DNA of 62,296 nucleotides, filler included, from Sluysia triapertura (GCA_046118255.1; 5 parts of 5 records of this genome joined end to end with filler, not necessarily neighbours in it); one strand, 5' to 3'. Counted from the whole stretch's first letter, positions 12,949 through 26,141 are shown. Numbers and translations are program-made. Notes: generated from the letters alone by a model not told the origin.

Positions 12949-13986
12949 ATGAATAAAGAAATCGATTATCTAGACATGAATCTAATTTCACACAACTACC
13001 ATTGACTCCAGGGGTGGAAACGATAAAATTTTCCAATGACGAAGATATTTTAAAAATGTATCGATTCTTCTGTTATCAAAAAGTTCAAATTAAAGACTTA
13101 TCATGGTTTACTGATAACAATGTAGTATAGCGAATAAATGAAAGCTATTCGAAGCAATAACCAGATTTGATATATGCTAGAGAAAATATTGATATTTTGC
13201 AGATACTGGATTTAAATTTTGTATTTTTCCAATGACTCGATTTTTAGAATTACTTAGCAACAAATTTAGTGAAAATGAACTTTGTGAAATGGAAAGAAAC
13301 ATGGTAAAAGTTATTGATTCTATTAATTATTTATGAACTTTTATTTTAATGGAAAAGCCTGTAAAATTCAAGTGTCTACGAAATTGCAAAGTTCCTTGTA
13401 GATGTTTGCTCGCGTCATAAAAAATTCTCTGTTTTACCTTATGGTAATTTAAATGTTCTCAGTTATTGTGTTTCTGTTTTCGTCGTCAATGAATATATGT
13501 GGAAAGATTATTTCCTTAATTTAACTGGCTTATCACGGGAACATTTCAATGACAACATTTACGAATTTTTGACTACAGTTCATTACTTAGTTCTGAAACG
13601 AGGTAAAAGTTTGCGTATCATGATTCATAAAGTACACAAAAGTAAATAAAGCTTGTTATGAGAATGACAAATTTATCATTTTAAAAAGCGTTTATAAATT
13701 CATAAATATAATGTGTATTTCGTTTAATAAAGTGTATGAGAAGACGAATAAAGTTTGCTCTGACAAAAACAAGTTCATCATTTTAAAAGGTATTTTTAAA
13801 GTTATAAATATGATGAATATCTTGTTTATTAAAGTAGGTGAGAGAAATGGTAAAGTTTGTTCCGACGAGAGTGAAGTTGTCATTTTAAAAGATCGAGAAG
13901 AAGGGATACAACAAATGCTAGGCAGAACATTGATCCCAAACCAGTTCGAAGTGGTATCGGTGGTCTATTTAAGCGCTACATGTTAA
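12949..13986 (+). pseudogene. Intronless cyclin-like pseudogene with a C-terminal 34-aa tandem repeat
   Basis: Across frameshifts: EDILKMY, LSWF, KLFEAITRFD, ILQIL, FPMTRFLELLSNKFSENELCEMERNMVKVI, YEIAKFLVDVC...F, W...LNLTGL. These follow cyclin-box helices 1-5 and the C-terminal cyclin fold in order. Confidence 0.65.
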
Positions 13987-14209
13987 TTTTTTTTGTTGAA
14001 TCACGTTCTATTTCAAGAGCGACAGGTGAACGACAACTGTTGATGCTTAATGAAGAAAATTTTTGTCTTGAGATTTTTAATAATAATAAAATTTTCATGT
14101 GCCATAAGCACCAACTTCATAATTATATTTATGTGAATGAAGATGATAATTTTTGTAATCAATTAATAGATTTAATGTTAAATATCAAAATAACGATGAT
14201 AGTAAAAGT

Positions 14210-14572
14210 AAACTTAATAATTTCAATACCACGTCATCCACAATACTTTACCTTTTATTTTATGCATGTGACCATTTCTTAATAATTTACAAGTGTGCAT
14301 AATTGATTCTTTATCATTATTCAAACACTTAACTTGGTTAATAATGTTTTTAAGAAGTCATTATTAATTAATGGTCTTTTATCTTATTACTTTCTTTTAA
14401 TTGTTAAAATTCTTGTTAACTTGTTTGCTTAATTAGTAGCAGCTTCACCAAATGCACTATCTATAGTGACAATGAGAGTAACTAATGGTAAAATTCCACC
14501 ATCTTTTAATATGTTCCTTCAGATCTTTATTATCAATAATGCAGCTTTATGGAATTATCTCTCAGTTTCCAT
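14210..14572 (-). mobile_element. Polinton/adintovirus-like small core protein remnant (adenovirus pX/mu-like GG(I/F)LP motif)
   Basis: LKDGGILPLVTLIVTIDSAFGEAA (GGILPL at 14483-14500); downstream KIKGKVLWM resembles KGxGLYL of polinton core proteins; several stops. Confidence 0.55.
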
Positions 14573-14701
14573 TAATTATAAAATAAATTGTGATAATTTA
14601 TAATTTAATATAAAATAAACATTAATTAATTTGAATTAAAAATATTATGCAAAATGGTTTGATAAATTTGTATAACTGATATTTGTGAAAATCAAAAAAT
14701 A

Positions 14702-15110
14702 ATGCTTCCTAAGAAATTCTATCAATAAATAATTATAAAGATTAGTAACACATCGGGACGGATGATGCGAAATCTCTTTTTTTGGAGTTTCATGCAACAT
14801 ATCGTATAAAAACCGCAATTATGAGTAAGTGAAACAATACAAAGAAACATTGTTGTTGTAAACAAGCACGTATAATTTCAACAAAATTTCATCACGTATC
14901 GTCTTCAATGTCTTAAAATAGTGATGCTAAAATCAAAGTTACATTTTTAATAAACCTAGTGATATTGTACATAGAGATAATTTACGATAGTATAATAATA
15001 ATTTGGATGATATTTGATGATGTTTTAAATACGAAAAATTAAGAATGTCCAAGTCATTTCACGAGTAGAACACGTAAATATTGATATATTTATTATGCTA
15101 TCATTTGAAC
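14702..15110 (+). mobile_element. Polinton/Maverick A32-type DNA packaging ATPase pseudogene
   Basis: MLP...ISNTSGR..RNL (degenerate Walker A, from 14741), F(F)NKPSDIV, WMIFDDVL (Walker B, 15004-15027), HFT-SR-HVNIDIFIML (A32 motif FxxGRHxNI, 15055-15100). Confidence 0.7.
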
Positions 15111-15902
15111 TTGAAATAGTAATTGTTTCATTAATGTAACTCCAAGTCAGAGATAGAGTTTATAAACCATTTATAATCAATATTTGAACATCACCATTAT
15201 TATTGTGTCACTAGCCACTAGAAGACAAAATACAATTATATTTATTTAGACAAATAAAATGAAATATTTCTGGAGTACTTATATTTCATATATCCAGATT
15301 TCACATCTCGGTAGCGTAACAAAGAGGGTGCTTTAAGAACTGCCAACTAAAAACTTCATTCAAACAAATTCGAAAAATATCTGGTAATAATTCGATATTT
15401 GAAAATGGTGATTGTTGTGTTTATCCGTTTACTAATGTCCCTCTTTAATAACTAAGAAAAAATCAAATAAAACTTAATCTGGATATATTCTTTTATAATA
15501 GTTATGCAGATCAAATCTTTACATAAATATAATTATATAAATCAACTTCTTTACATCACAATTATAGTTAATAGATCAAACTTTTTGTATAGTAAAACAC
15601 TTCTTTAAATCAATTTCTTTAATAAATTATTGTCTAACTCTTTAAAAATTGCAGGAGTTACACAACATAAATGTCGTTACCACAAATAAAATATAAAATA
15701 ATAATAATAAAACAAAATGAATCTTAATTCTCTACTAACCGCGTAAACTTATTTTGTCTTAATGTTATTGCTGAAGAAAAATATTCAATGAATCCAGCGT
15801 CCTTATATCAAGAAGTTCTTGACTAATTTGTCAAATATTACTGTTGTCGCTTTTTTTTGGATTGTTATTGTGATTTTATGTAAAAAGTTAGCTGTTTATA
15901 TA

Positions 15903-16074
15903 ATATCGAGATAATTGCCAGATAGTCGGGAATTCAATCTAATTATTTTGCATGTCTACTACAAGCTATTTTCTTAGAGTCGGTTTAATGCCGACTCATT
16001 ACTAAAATGGAATTGTAATATTAATTTCCAATGAATTTCCGACTTTAGATTGCCTGACAATTATCTGGAGATAT
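15903..16074. repeat. Imperfect ~170-bp palindrome (foldback/MITE-like)
   Basis: Central hairpin GAGTCGG-tttaatg-CCGACTC; outer arms agataattgccag...agtcgggaattca mirrored by tgaatttccgact...ctgacaattatct. Confidence 0.7.
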
Positions 16075-16385
16075 GAGTTTTGTGAAGAACAAGCCCATAT
16101 CTCTTTAAAATAATCAAATCACAATTTAATATCATAATTGGCATTAAACAAACAGATATAAAAATGCATCATCCTAATCTACTTATATTTATAATCTAGT
16201 ATAAAACTTCTTTTAATAACAATATTTTATATCACTCTATAACGTCACACGTCAATCTCAATAACGTATACTGACTTGTTTCTTTACAAGTTTTAATCTG
16301 ACGTATAATTTATTAATGCTCAGACATTGGAACGTATTTAATCTTTAATTTTAAATTACAAAATTAATTAAAATAACTAATTTTA

Positions 16386-16485
16386 NNNNNNNNNNNNNNN
16401 NNNNNNNNNNNNNNNNNNNNNNNNNNNNNTTAATTAATTAANNNNNNNNNNNNNNNNNNNNNNNNNNNNNNNNNNNNNNNNNNNN
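16386..16485. other. Artificial 100-nt contig spacer N44-TTAATTAATTAA-N44 (also 28592-28691, 39846-39945, 51129-51228)
   Basis: Identical length and the same six-frame-stop 12-mer in all four gaps; linker-less gaps at 7472-7696 and 23674-23885 are ordinary scaffold gaps. Confidence 0.97.
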
Positions 16486-16849
16486 TGAAATTGAGTACAA
16501 TAAACCATTGTTAAAATCTATGTTGTTAGTTATCAATGAATGAACAATAAGTTTAGCTGTTTTTATTATTTTATTTCACTTCGAAAATAATCTTCTGTGA
16601 TAGCTCACTGCACAACCTACAACATCCCCATTTTAAACTTGTCATACTTCATACATTTTAAATATCAATCTGCATCATTTCCATAATATCTACATACAAG
16701 TATCGTAAATGACAAACATCAACCAACTTTCAAGTCACACCCCTAGCAACGTAAATTAATTAATTAATTTTAATAATAAAGCTGAGCAATTTGGCATACA
16801 ATTCAGTGAGGCTTATCGTTTCAATAAATACTAAAAGATTAACGAAATT

Positions 16850-17420
16850 TCTCATTTCATTTGTAAAAGGAAGTTCTTTAACATATCATTTATTGTCTAA
16901 GTACTCAAAAGATCTTAAAAATGCTCTCATAGATGTATCTGCCAACATAGAAAAAGAATTACAAGATGTAAAATAGAGCCTGATGAATTTTTAAAGACAA
17001 TAAAAAATCCAACTGTGATTGTCGTCCATATGTTTTATTTAAACTGTCTAAAGTTGGAATATAGCAAGACAACAAGCACATATTTTAAAAATGCCATATC
17101 TGTTATTAAATCCTGATCAGATGAATAATGTTGTTCCAGTTCCAAAAATCTCAAAACCAGCAGATAGTTATTAATGTCTTAATTATTTCCATATGTAAAT
17201 AAAATGGTAAGTATTGTAACGAATATAATTCTTATGATAACAATAAAACTAAATATCGATCTTAGCTCACTTAAAACGTTTTTCCTTTCAACTATTCCTT
17301 TTGGTCAAGCCTCTGCAAGTGCAATTACTCAGTAAATCTTTATACGAATTACTGATAATTCTAATTCTCGATCTGTGACATCCGTATTAATTTTAGATAT
17401 CCTATTAAAATTCGAACTAA
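16850..17420 (+). mobile_element. Degraded LINE RT fragment
   Basis: NVVPVPKISKP (17125-17160) and RITDNSNSRSVTSVLILD resemble RT domain 1-3 motifs. Confidence 0.5.
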
Positions 17421-18589
17421 TTAGCGATCTTTTAGGTTAAAAAAAATAAAGAATTGAAATAAAATTTTGATTTTTTATATCATTAAAGTTAATAATCGAA
17501 ATGTTTTAAATAATTAGTTAGTAAATACTTAAACTTAGTAGCGTTTTTGAATAAAAATTTATTTTTATTAAATTACTAAAATTGTAAAGTAAAATATGAA
17601 CAAATTAATCATAGATCCGTCTAACGAATTCGTATTAAGATTTAAGGTCAATAAAAACATTTGTGACAATTATGCATGTGATACTAAAATAAATACAAGT
17701 TTATTGAAAATCTATCTTACACATTATTGAAATCATTTTTATAGCAAATAATAAATAAACAATTAATAATATAGCATGGTCTTAATCAAACATTCGTGCA
17801 CATTCTATTTTTCAACGTAATAAATAAACTTACTAATTCGGTTAATTCCTATCATAATTTATCGCCATATTGAATATTTATGTAATATCGAATATAGATC
17901 TTATTTTCATTAAAAAAACTTAAATTAAATCAACAATATATTTAAAAGTAATCATTTTTAATTTTGAATTTAATTATATTTTACGAATTTTTATTTTTAT
18001 ATAATACATATTATTTAAACAAATTAAAAAATGTTTTGCATTATTTATAATAAACAAGTTGATAACATGAATATAACTGTAAAAGTAAACACAATTTGCC
18101 CTATAAAATACATTTTGTGTTTAGCTCAGATCAACTTGAAAATTGCAATGATCCAAAAATTAAATCTTCACTTCTCGATCCGATATCGAAAATTAAAACC
18201 AGTGTTGCGTCACATCTATCCAGGAATTTTTGCTTATTGAATTCAAATTTATTAATGATTTTCGAGTAATTGTAAAAATTTATCTGGATCTTATTGCTTA
18301 TAACCAGACGTTTATAAGGCATTTTTGTTTTATCCTGGTCAAGCTTACTAGTCCGTGTATTTGGCATTCTTGTAATTTATTCGATGTTTTAACCATTTTA
18401 TTAGAAAAAGTTTTATATTTCAAGGTTTATTTTTGGACATAGAAAGTTTTTATGGATAGCTGAATCAAGATAAAGATGACTTAAATTACATTTGTTTATT
18501 TGCGAATGTGTCAGGCTGTATCACCATAAATGTTCATAAATTACTAACAACATAGATTTTAACAATGGTTTTTCGATCTCCAAGTGGGA

Positions 18590-18970
18590 AGAAGATCACT
18601 CATGTAGCACCTTATCTTAAGGAATTACATTGATTGCCAATAAAAGCAAGAATAGATTTCAAAATAATGACAATGATTTACAAATGTTTACATTACGAAG
18701 TCCTGAATATCTCTTAGAAATAATAAAAATTTGGAAACCAAGATGAATATATCATTGAGACATAATAAGGATCTATACAGAATCCACAGTGAAAATAAGA
18801 GCTAGATGATTCAAAAATATATAACTAGTACCAGCGAATATCAAATTACTGGAAGATTATGAAATATTTAAGAAAAAGGCAAGTTCTTTCTGATTCAGAA
18901 ATATTACTGTGAATGATTTATTTTAAGCGCTTTTGAGTAGATATGAGCGCAATGTACATCAATAAATTAT
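18590..18970 (+). mobile_element. L2/CR1-clade LINE 3' end
   Basis: THVAPYLKELH*LPIKARIDFKIMTMIYKCLH then a 3' UTR ending gagtagatatgagcgcaat. Confidence 0.85.
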
Positions 18971-19496
18971 TCTCATATCCTACAATGCTCTCATAAACGA
19001 CCATATTTAGTTATAATTCGAAAGATGATGACGACATAGCACAAATAAATAAAAATTTACGATAAACAAACAAATTTAATAGAAATTGCTATTTTTAATA
19101 CATCGCGCAATGAAAAATGAGATTTATTAATTTATTTTTGAACTTTGATATCTGCGAATTAGATCGTTGTTTGTTTGTTTGTTTGTGTGTGTGCATTTAT
19201 TTAAATGTACAACAAAATTCAGTTGTAATTTCATGGCCTGTTTCTGGTTAATAAACTTCAGTTTTGAATTGTTTCAGACATTCAAGTACAACATTAAATA
19301 TCTAACGTTAAAATTAGATGTTTCAATGTCAACAGATACTCAATAGACTCAGCATTAGTATCATTTACATACGATAAACTGCAGAAGTAAATAGAAACAA
19401 AATTAATTATTAATTTATATTCGCAATTGTTGTATTGACGATAGTTATTAAATATTGTTATATTTAGTTATATTAATAATGTTGGACTTCAGAAAA

Positions 19497-19546
19497 TGGA
19501 CTGATTGGGATTCGAACAGAGAAACTTCTCACTGAGCTATCAGCCC
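19497..19546 (-). pseudogene. tRNA-derived element with internal deletion
   Basis: GGGCTGATAGCTCAGTG (A box) ... GTTCGAATCCCAATCAGTCCA (B box and acceptor); anticodon arm missing. Confidence 0.65.
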
Positions 19547-19773
19547 CGTCTAACAATTTTGTTTTATTATAGTCAATTACACTGCCATTATTCTATGGAA
19601 CTTTGGGCCTATATCTCAACATATCTCATCCAATTCAATTATGTTTAACCTCAAACATCTTGTTAATCATTTAATTCAACATCAGGAGGGTATGCTTATT
19701 TTAATAATCATTATAATTTAATAAATGATTATTTTAATAATCATACATACATCTACATATCTATAATATCAAC

Positions 19774-19896
19774 CTTTCCCAGACAAATCTTCTCATAAAT
19801 CTGAATGGGCTGGTCAGCACAGAATGGTGGATATCCACAGAGCATTTCAAATATCAAAATACCAAGAGCCCACCAATCAACGGATTTGTTGTATCC
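19774..19896 (-). CDS. PRKACA: PKA-C exon ([12 protein letters not shown]...QPIQIYEKI)
   Basis: ttcag|GGATAC...GGAAAG|gttgat, 123 nt. Confidence 0.96.
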
Positions 19897-20779
19897 CTGA
19901 ATAATAGACGAATTCGTATAAACAACTTGTCATTGGTTAAATAATTGTTTACTCCAATTTAAGTGTCAGTTTAAAACGATTGTTTCACTTATATGATGAG
20001 TAATACTCAATTTCATTGGCCTAACACATTTTTGAAACTGGTCATATAATTGGTTAACCGAATTATTCGTTTTAATATCAATTTACGAAATTGTATTATC
20101 TAGACCAAAATACAAGCTGATTTTAAATATATAAATGTAAATTTTGATTGTCCTCTATAATCGAGTTTTCATTTAGAATTAATAGTGGTGTTTAAAATAT
20201 GTTTGCTTGTACGCTGGACCACAAAGACTAGCTTAATTCGCATTTATAATAATTTAACTCATTTTATTTGTACGCCAGACCATTAATGCTAGCTTAACCT
20301 ACAATTATAATAAGTTAAAAGATTATTGCCTGCGTGACTGCATACCGAATAATAATCATTCTGTGCAAAATTAACATTACTTTAAAACCTTATTTAACAT
20401 CATCAAAGTCGTCGACGTCGAGACTAACTAAAGGTTGTAGTAAATGCTCGCCTAGCTGAGTAATTAGCATCGGTAAATGCTGATGATTACTAAAAGCACT
20501 GATCCAGAAACTTGGAGCAGATCGTGTTAAGTTCACGCGTTCTCTAATTTTGTTGTCCGCGTTATTAGTATCATTCTGTAATTCATAAATTTGTTCTACT
20601 TCAGCAGTTGAGGTCGTAATCTTGATAATTATCGCTATATCATAAAATCGAAAAATTTCACTCGTTGCTAAATTGTGTGAATTTTAGTAGTCGTTTTAAA
20701 CAAAATAAATAGCAACATGATGCGTTGCGGTAATTTGTTTTAAAAATTTTATTTTATTATAATTATTGCAATTATTACC

Positions 20780-20822
<43 letters not shown>

Positions 20823-23800
20823 CTTATTTTTTATCATTGTTATTATTATTATTATATCATTATTATTCATTTTAATTATTAAATCTCGAAATATTATCAA
20901 TACTAGAATAATGTTATGCTGAAAAGATTTATTACCATAATGATATTGACCCGATGATCCACTTAAATAATACGTACAACATACATTCGAGAGGTCTTTT
21001 CTACTTCCACAACTAATATTGCACACCAGGCAGTAGAAATTGATAATACATGACATTTAAAAGTAGCTCATAGACAACGAAGAATTATTCAAATATCTTT
21101 GGAATTGGCGCTACGAGTTGTCAAGGTCGAATATGATGTTACTGGAACTTGATTGGTTTGTGCTAAATGATATGTTAAGTTTTGTTGATCTCGAATAGAA
21201 GTTGGCGACAGAAAGTAGTCAGACAATGCAGTAGCCATGACAATATCGTCACTGTCTTCAATATTGTTCTTTACGTTCTCATTTGCGCCTCATCCAAATG
21301 ACAGGCTCTTCTTCAATAACTTGTTTTTTAAAAATAACTCTTCAATTCCATTTCTATTTCATACTTCTTCTGATCTTTCTTTGCTCTATCTCGTTCACTA
21401 AGTTCCAGTTCTTGAGTCACTTCTTGAATGCAAGCCTCCAATTTCTTGTTCTACAACTCTTGTTTTAATTCAGAGATCTCAGTGTTTAGATTTATCTTCA
21501 TTTGAATATGTTCTTCGGCTTCCTGAGAATAACGATCACCGGTGATTTGCAGTTCTTTCAATTTCTGACTTATTTCGGAAACTTCCTTTTGAAGTGCTTC
21601 GTTCTGAAATTTTATTTTATTTATTCTTGTTTCGTTTGTTCCGCTTATACTTTTCTTCTTTCATTGTTCATTTTCTTGTTGAGATGAACACCTTGTTGAA
21701 ACAGCACCTTTTTAATTTCGATATTTCATCATCATACTTAGAAACATTTGCTTTAATTTCCTTAATCAATTTCTTCTGTATTTCCATTTCTTCTTTTTCT
21801 TTGTGTTGCAATCGTTGTTGGTTATGTTTTTTTGTTTAAATGTATTGTTTTGTGTATTTAATTTAATATGAAATAAATTAAACGAACCTTTAGCTGTGGA
21901 ACTACATTCAAAAAGGAAACATATGTATTAATAAGATTTTTTAGTTCTTTAAATACAGTCTTGCCACTCCTCCGGTAGCGTTTGTACTATTGTTTCTTCC
22001 CGATCTCGAGTACGAGTGTTAAGAGAAATTACGAAGATATAGAGAAGTGAGAGTAAGAGAAAGAGTTGTATTAGGGAATTATGAAAAGTTAAACTTGCTT
22101 TTATAGAAATTTCATTCTTCGAGTTATGAGTTTGGTCACCACAATCATTATTATTATCATTATTATCATAATTATTATCATTATTATTAATATTATCGAC
22201 AACATCGCTAAGATTACCTTACTTAGTATTATTTCCGGGGCTAGATATTCAGGAGTACCACACAAAGTCCATGTGCGACCTTTAATACGCTTTGCAAAGC
22301 CCAAGTCGGTAATCTGAAGTATAACCAAAACCATATAATAGCAGAAATGATACAAATACAAATATAATAATTATAAGCATGTTTTACTTCAAAGTAAAAC
22401 TAGTGTAGCACAACAATATTTGGACATTAACGACGATATGATGAAAGAAATGAAGAAACTGAAGGCAGCATCTTTAATGACGTCATTGATCATTTCGCTT
22501 CTTCATGTACTTCCTTACGAAATATCATTTTCCAAAATATGTTATTTTCTCAAAATCTGTCAACTACTCCGACTAAGCTTAACAAATTCCTGTTTTTGAA
22601 GCTGTACCATCTTACAAATTTTTGTTAGAAGAATCATTCTCAAACCATTTTATGAATGTTGCTATAAATTTAGTTTTTTAATAGTACGTAGTCAAAGGCT
22701 TAGAAAAATTTTTAATTGGTTAACCCATACTTTGGATAAGTCAATTGAGCAAAAGCCAAATGATTATTTAATTTTCATCGTATAACGTCTCTCCCTAACC
22801 AATCTCATATATTACAGTAAATATATTATCATTTTGCTGATACATCTTCACTATGTATTATTTTTGATACTCTACACTTTATTTTTTCATATCCAGCTTG
22901 CTAGTTAGTATTTGCTTGTGTTTGTTGGTATTTAATTTGATGCACAATATTTTCTGAGTGCACTCTTTCTTAGTTATTATTTCTTAGATTTGTAAATGTT
23001 TTAATGTTTTTAGTGCAATCTAATTTTATCAATATTTATAATATTAAAGATTTACTCGAACTATCTTAATTACCACAGTATTGTCAGATTCTTAAAATAT
23101 AACTTAAAAATCAAGATCGCTTCGATGGCTTTATTTATTTATTTTTATTCTAATTTTCTTACCTTAATATATCCGTCTCGATTGATGAGGATGTTCTCCG
23201 GCTTCAGATCCCGATAAATGACATCCAAATGGTGCATATATTCGAACACCAGCACCACTTGCGATGCGTAAAATTGTGCCCAAGATTTTCTATAAATAAA
23301 AATTGATAAATACGAATTTAAATATACAAAGATAGATTAAAAAGATGTAATAGAAAGATAACCAAGGAACAAATAAGTTGGACAAAGTTAAAATCAGTTT
23401 TTAATGAACTTGCAGCAGTTAAATTCAGTAATATCATTGGTTTTCTTTCTGGATAATGACATTTCTAAATTTGAAACTATTTTTTGGTTTGTTAAAATCG
23501 AATGGATTCAATTGTTCAATTCAGTCCGAGATTGACGGAGTGTTATTATTGATGCAGTTGATTATGTTTACATCACAACGATGTGCGAGGTTGCGACAAT
23601 TCACTTATTGCATTCGCACTAGACTGGACCTGCTTATTCTGTGATGTATGTGTGAATCAGGATAATACAAGCANNNNNNNNNNNNNNNNNNNNNNNNNNN
23701 NNNNNNNNNNNNNNNNNNNNNNNNNNNNNNNNNNNNNNNNNNNNNNNNNNNNNNNNNNNNNNNNNNNNNNNNNNNNNNNNNNNNNNNNNNNNNNNNNNNN

Positions 23801-26098
23801 NNNNNNNNNNNNNNNNNNNNNNNNNNNNNNNNNNNNNNNNNNNNNNNNNNNNNNNNNNNNNNNNNNNNNNNNNNNNNNNNNNNNNTACTATTATTATTCT
23901 TATAATTATTATCATTATCACTATCATTACTATTATTATTTTTATTATTAACATTATTATTATATTTATTACTATTATTATTAGTATTGTCATCACTAAA
24001 ACAATATTATTATTAACACTATTATTATCACGATTATTATTATCATTATTGTGGTGGTGATTTTATAAATTGTACAATGCGACATACATAAACAGAACTT
24101 GGCCGTGCATGCATACCAAAACACATTCAACAAACACAAAATTCATCTCGAACACGTATGTAAACAATCTCGACATATCACATCAACTTCATCACATATT
24201 TTCGTCGACCAAACTTTAACTTAAAATAATAAAATCATTAATTTTTTGAAGCAATCGCAAATTACTATTTTCATTATTACTGGTGGTAATTGTTAATTCT
24301 GAAATTGATACTGCTGTCGTCATTATCATCGTCGTCATCACCAATTACAATATTTGTTGTCCCATAATACGCGTAAAGATTATCGAAACTGAATATTAAT
24401 TAATTACTACCTGTCAGAAAATATGGTACACATTTAACAAATTTAAAAACATAAATTCTTCAAGTTATACAAACTTGTATTAAGTAAACCCTTTTTCGTC
24501 AATACGAACATAGTTGTACATATTTTCAAAATAACTATATGGCTAATCTCTTCAACTTATTTTGTTCCCTTCAATATGGCTTCACAGCCGAAGATATACG
24601 TTTTTTTGATGAAACATCCGCTAAAATTTGGCCGTCACTAAATTATTTTTAGCTATGTTCCAAATTATTCATATTGCAATAATTTCCGTAAAATACCATT
24701 AGGTTGGTTATTGGTTATTCGTGATGATTTTGATCTTTTTCGGCACATATGATCATAATTTTCATTATGGTTTGCCATTTTGTACCCACAGTGGATGAAA
24801 TTCAAATTTAATTAAAATGGCCAATTGTTTGTATTTAATTAATTTTGACATTTGTTAATTGTTGCAGCTCCATCTATTTGATTATTTTCTTACTAACATT
24901 TATTTGTATTTAAAATGATAAAAAGGCTTAAATATTAACCACTTTCAATAATCCCGTATATTTTAAGAAATCTATACCCTATTTTCGGAGACATGTAGTA
25001 TTTTTATTTTTATCTCTATTTTTTGTTGGTAAATGCAATTTCCAGAAATGTCGATAATCAAAGTGTTTCCAAAATGAACAATCTTACTGTATTCCAAATA
25101 TTTCAAATCACGATTTCGATTGTTTACAAATCAATCATATGCTTATAAATAAACAAATTACAAGTTATGGATCGTTGTGCTTATGAAAATGTAAAAACAA
25201 TAGAAGCTTGGCAAACACATGGCTTTTTATTTTCTATTAAATACCTTTCGATAGTTTAAATTAGAGTCGTTGTAGCCATTTTCATTAGTTATTGATATTC
25301 GAAATCGAATTGGAAAAGTGGAGACGGTGTTGCATGTTTCTTATTAAATGATATATTGAAATTAATTAAAATAAGAATCGAATATTATAATACTTTCATT
25401 GTACTATTGGAGTACGAATTGAGAACTAATATCGTTATATTCTTTATCATTCTTTAGATTTTCACCTTTGTAAATTATATTGACTTTTATACTTGTTATA
25501 TATTATTAATAATATTAATATTATCATGATTATTACTATCAATATTATAAATTATATTATTATAATTATTATTAACACAATTATTATTATCACTATCATT
25601 GTCATTATTATTATCATTATTATTATCATTATTATTATTATTACCATTATTATTATTATCACTATTATTATTACCATTATTATTATTATAATCATTATTA
25701 TTATCATTATCACCGTCATTGTTATTGAAAAGAAATAACTGTAACGTGTGGCCTAACAAAATAAATAAATTCTTACTCAATATCTCAAAACTGTCAACAA
25801 ACCAAAGAAAACTTGAAATTTCGAAAATCGAAAAGAAAATAATTCATAAATATTTTAAATAATAAAAAGAATGGAGCTTATCAAACCTAATTACCCAAGA
25901 ACAAGAGTTGCAAAATGAACAAAAACAGTGTAAAATTGAAAAAGGCCGATAAAATCATAGAATGTGATTAACTATTATTATGTGGAGGTTTTAAAATCAT
26001 TAAATATTGAGAAAGTTTGTGTAATTAAAAGTTATTTATTATAAAATTAAACGAGAGTAATTTTAAGGAGTTATAATTTTTAGTAAAGAATAAGAATA

Positions 26099-26141
<43 letters not shown>

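Noticed and set aside
13625-13895. CRISPR-like or other repeat-spacer array (also 60805-60915, 28000-28138)
   Set aside because: Simple tandem repeats without unique spacers, in a eukaryotic context.
16430-16441. TTAATTAATTAA recurring every 11-12 kb as a biological periodic motif
   Set aside because: Always centred in exactly 44+44 Ns, so it is an assembly linker.
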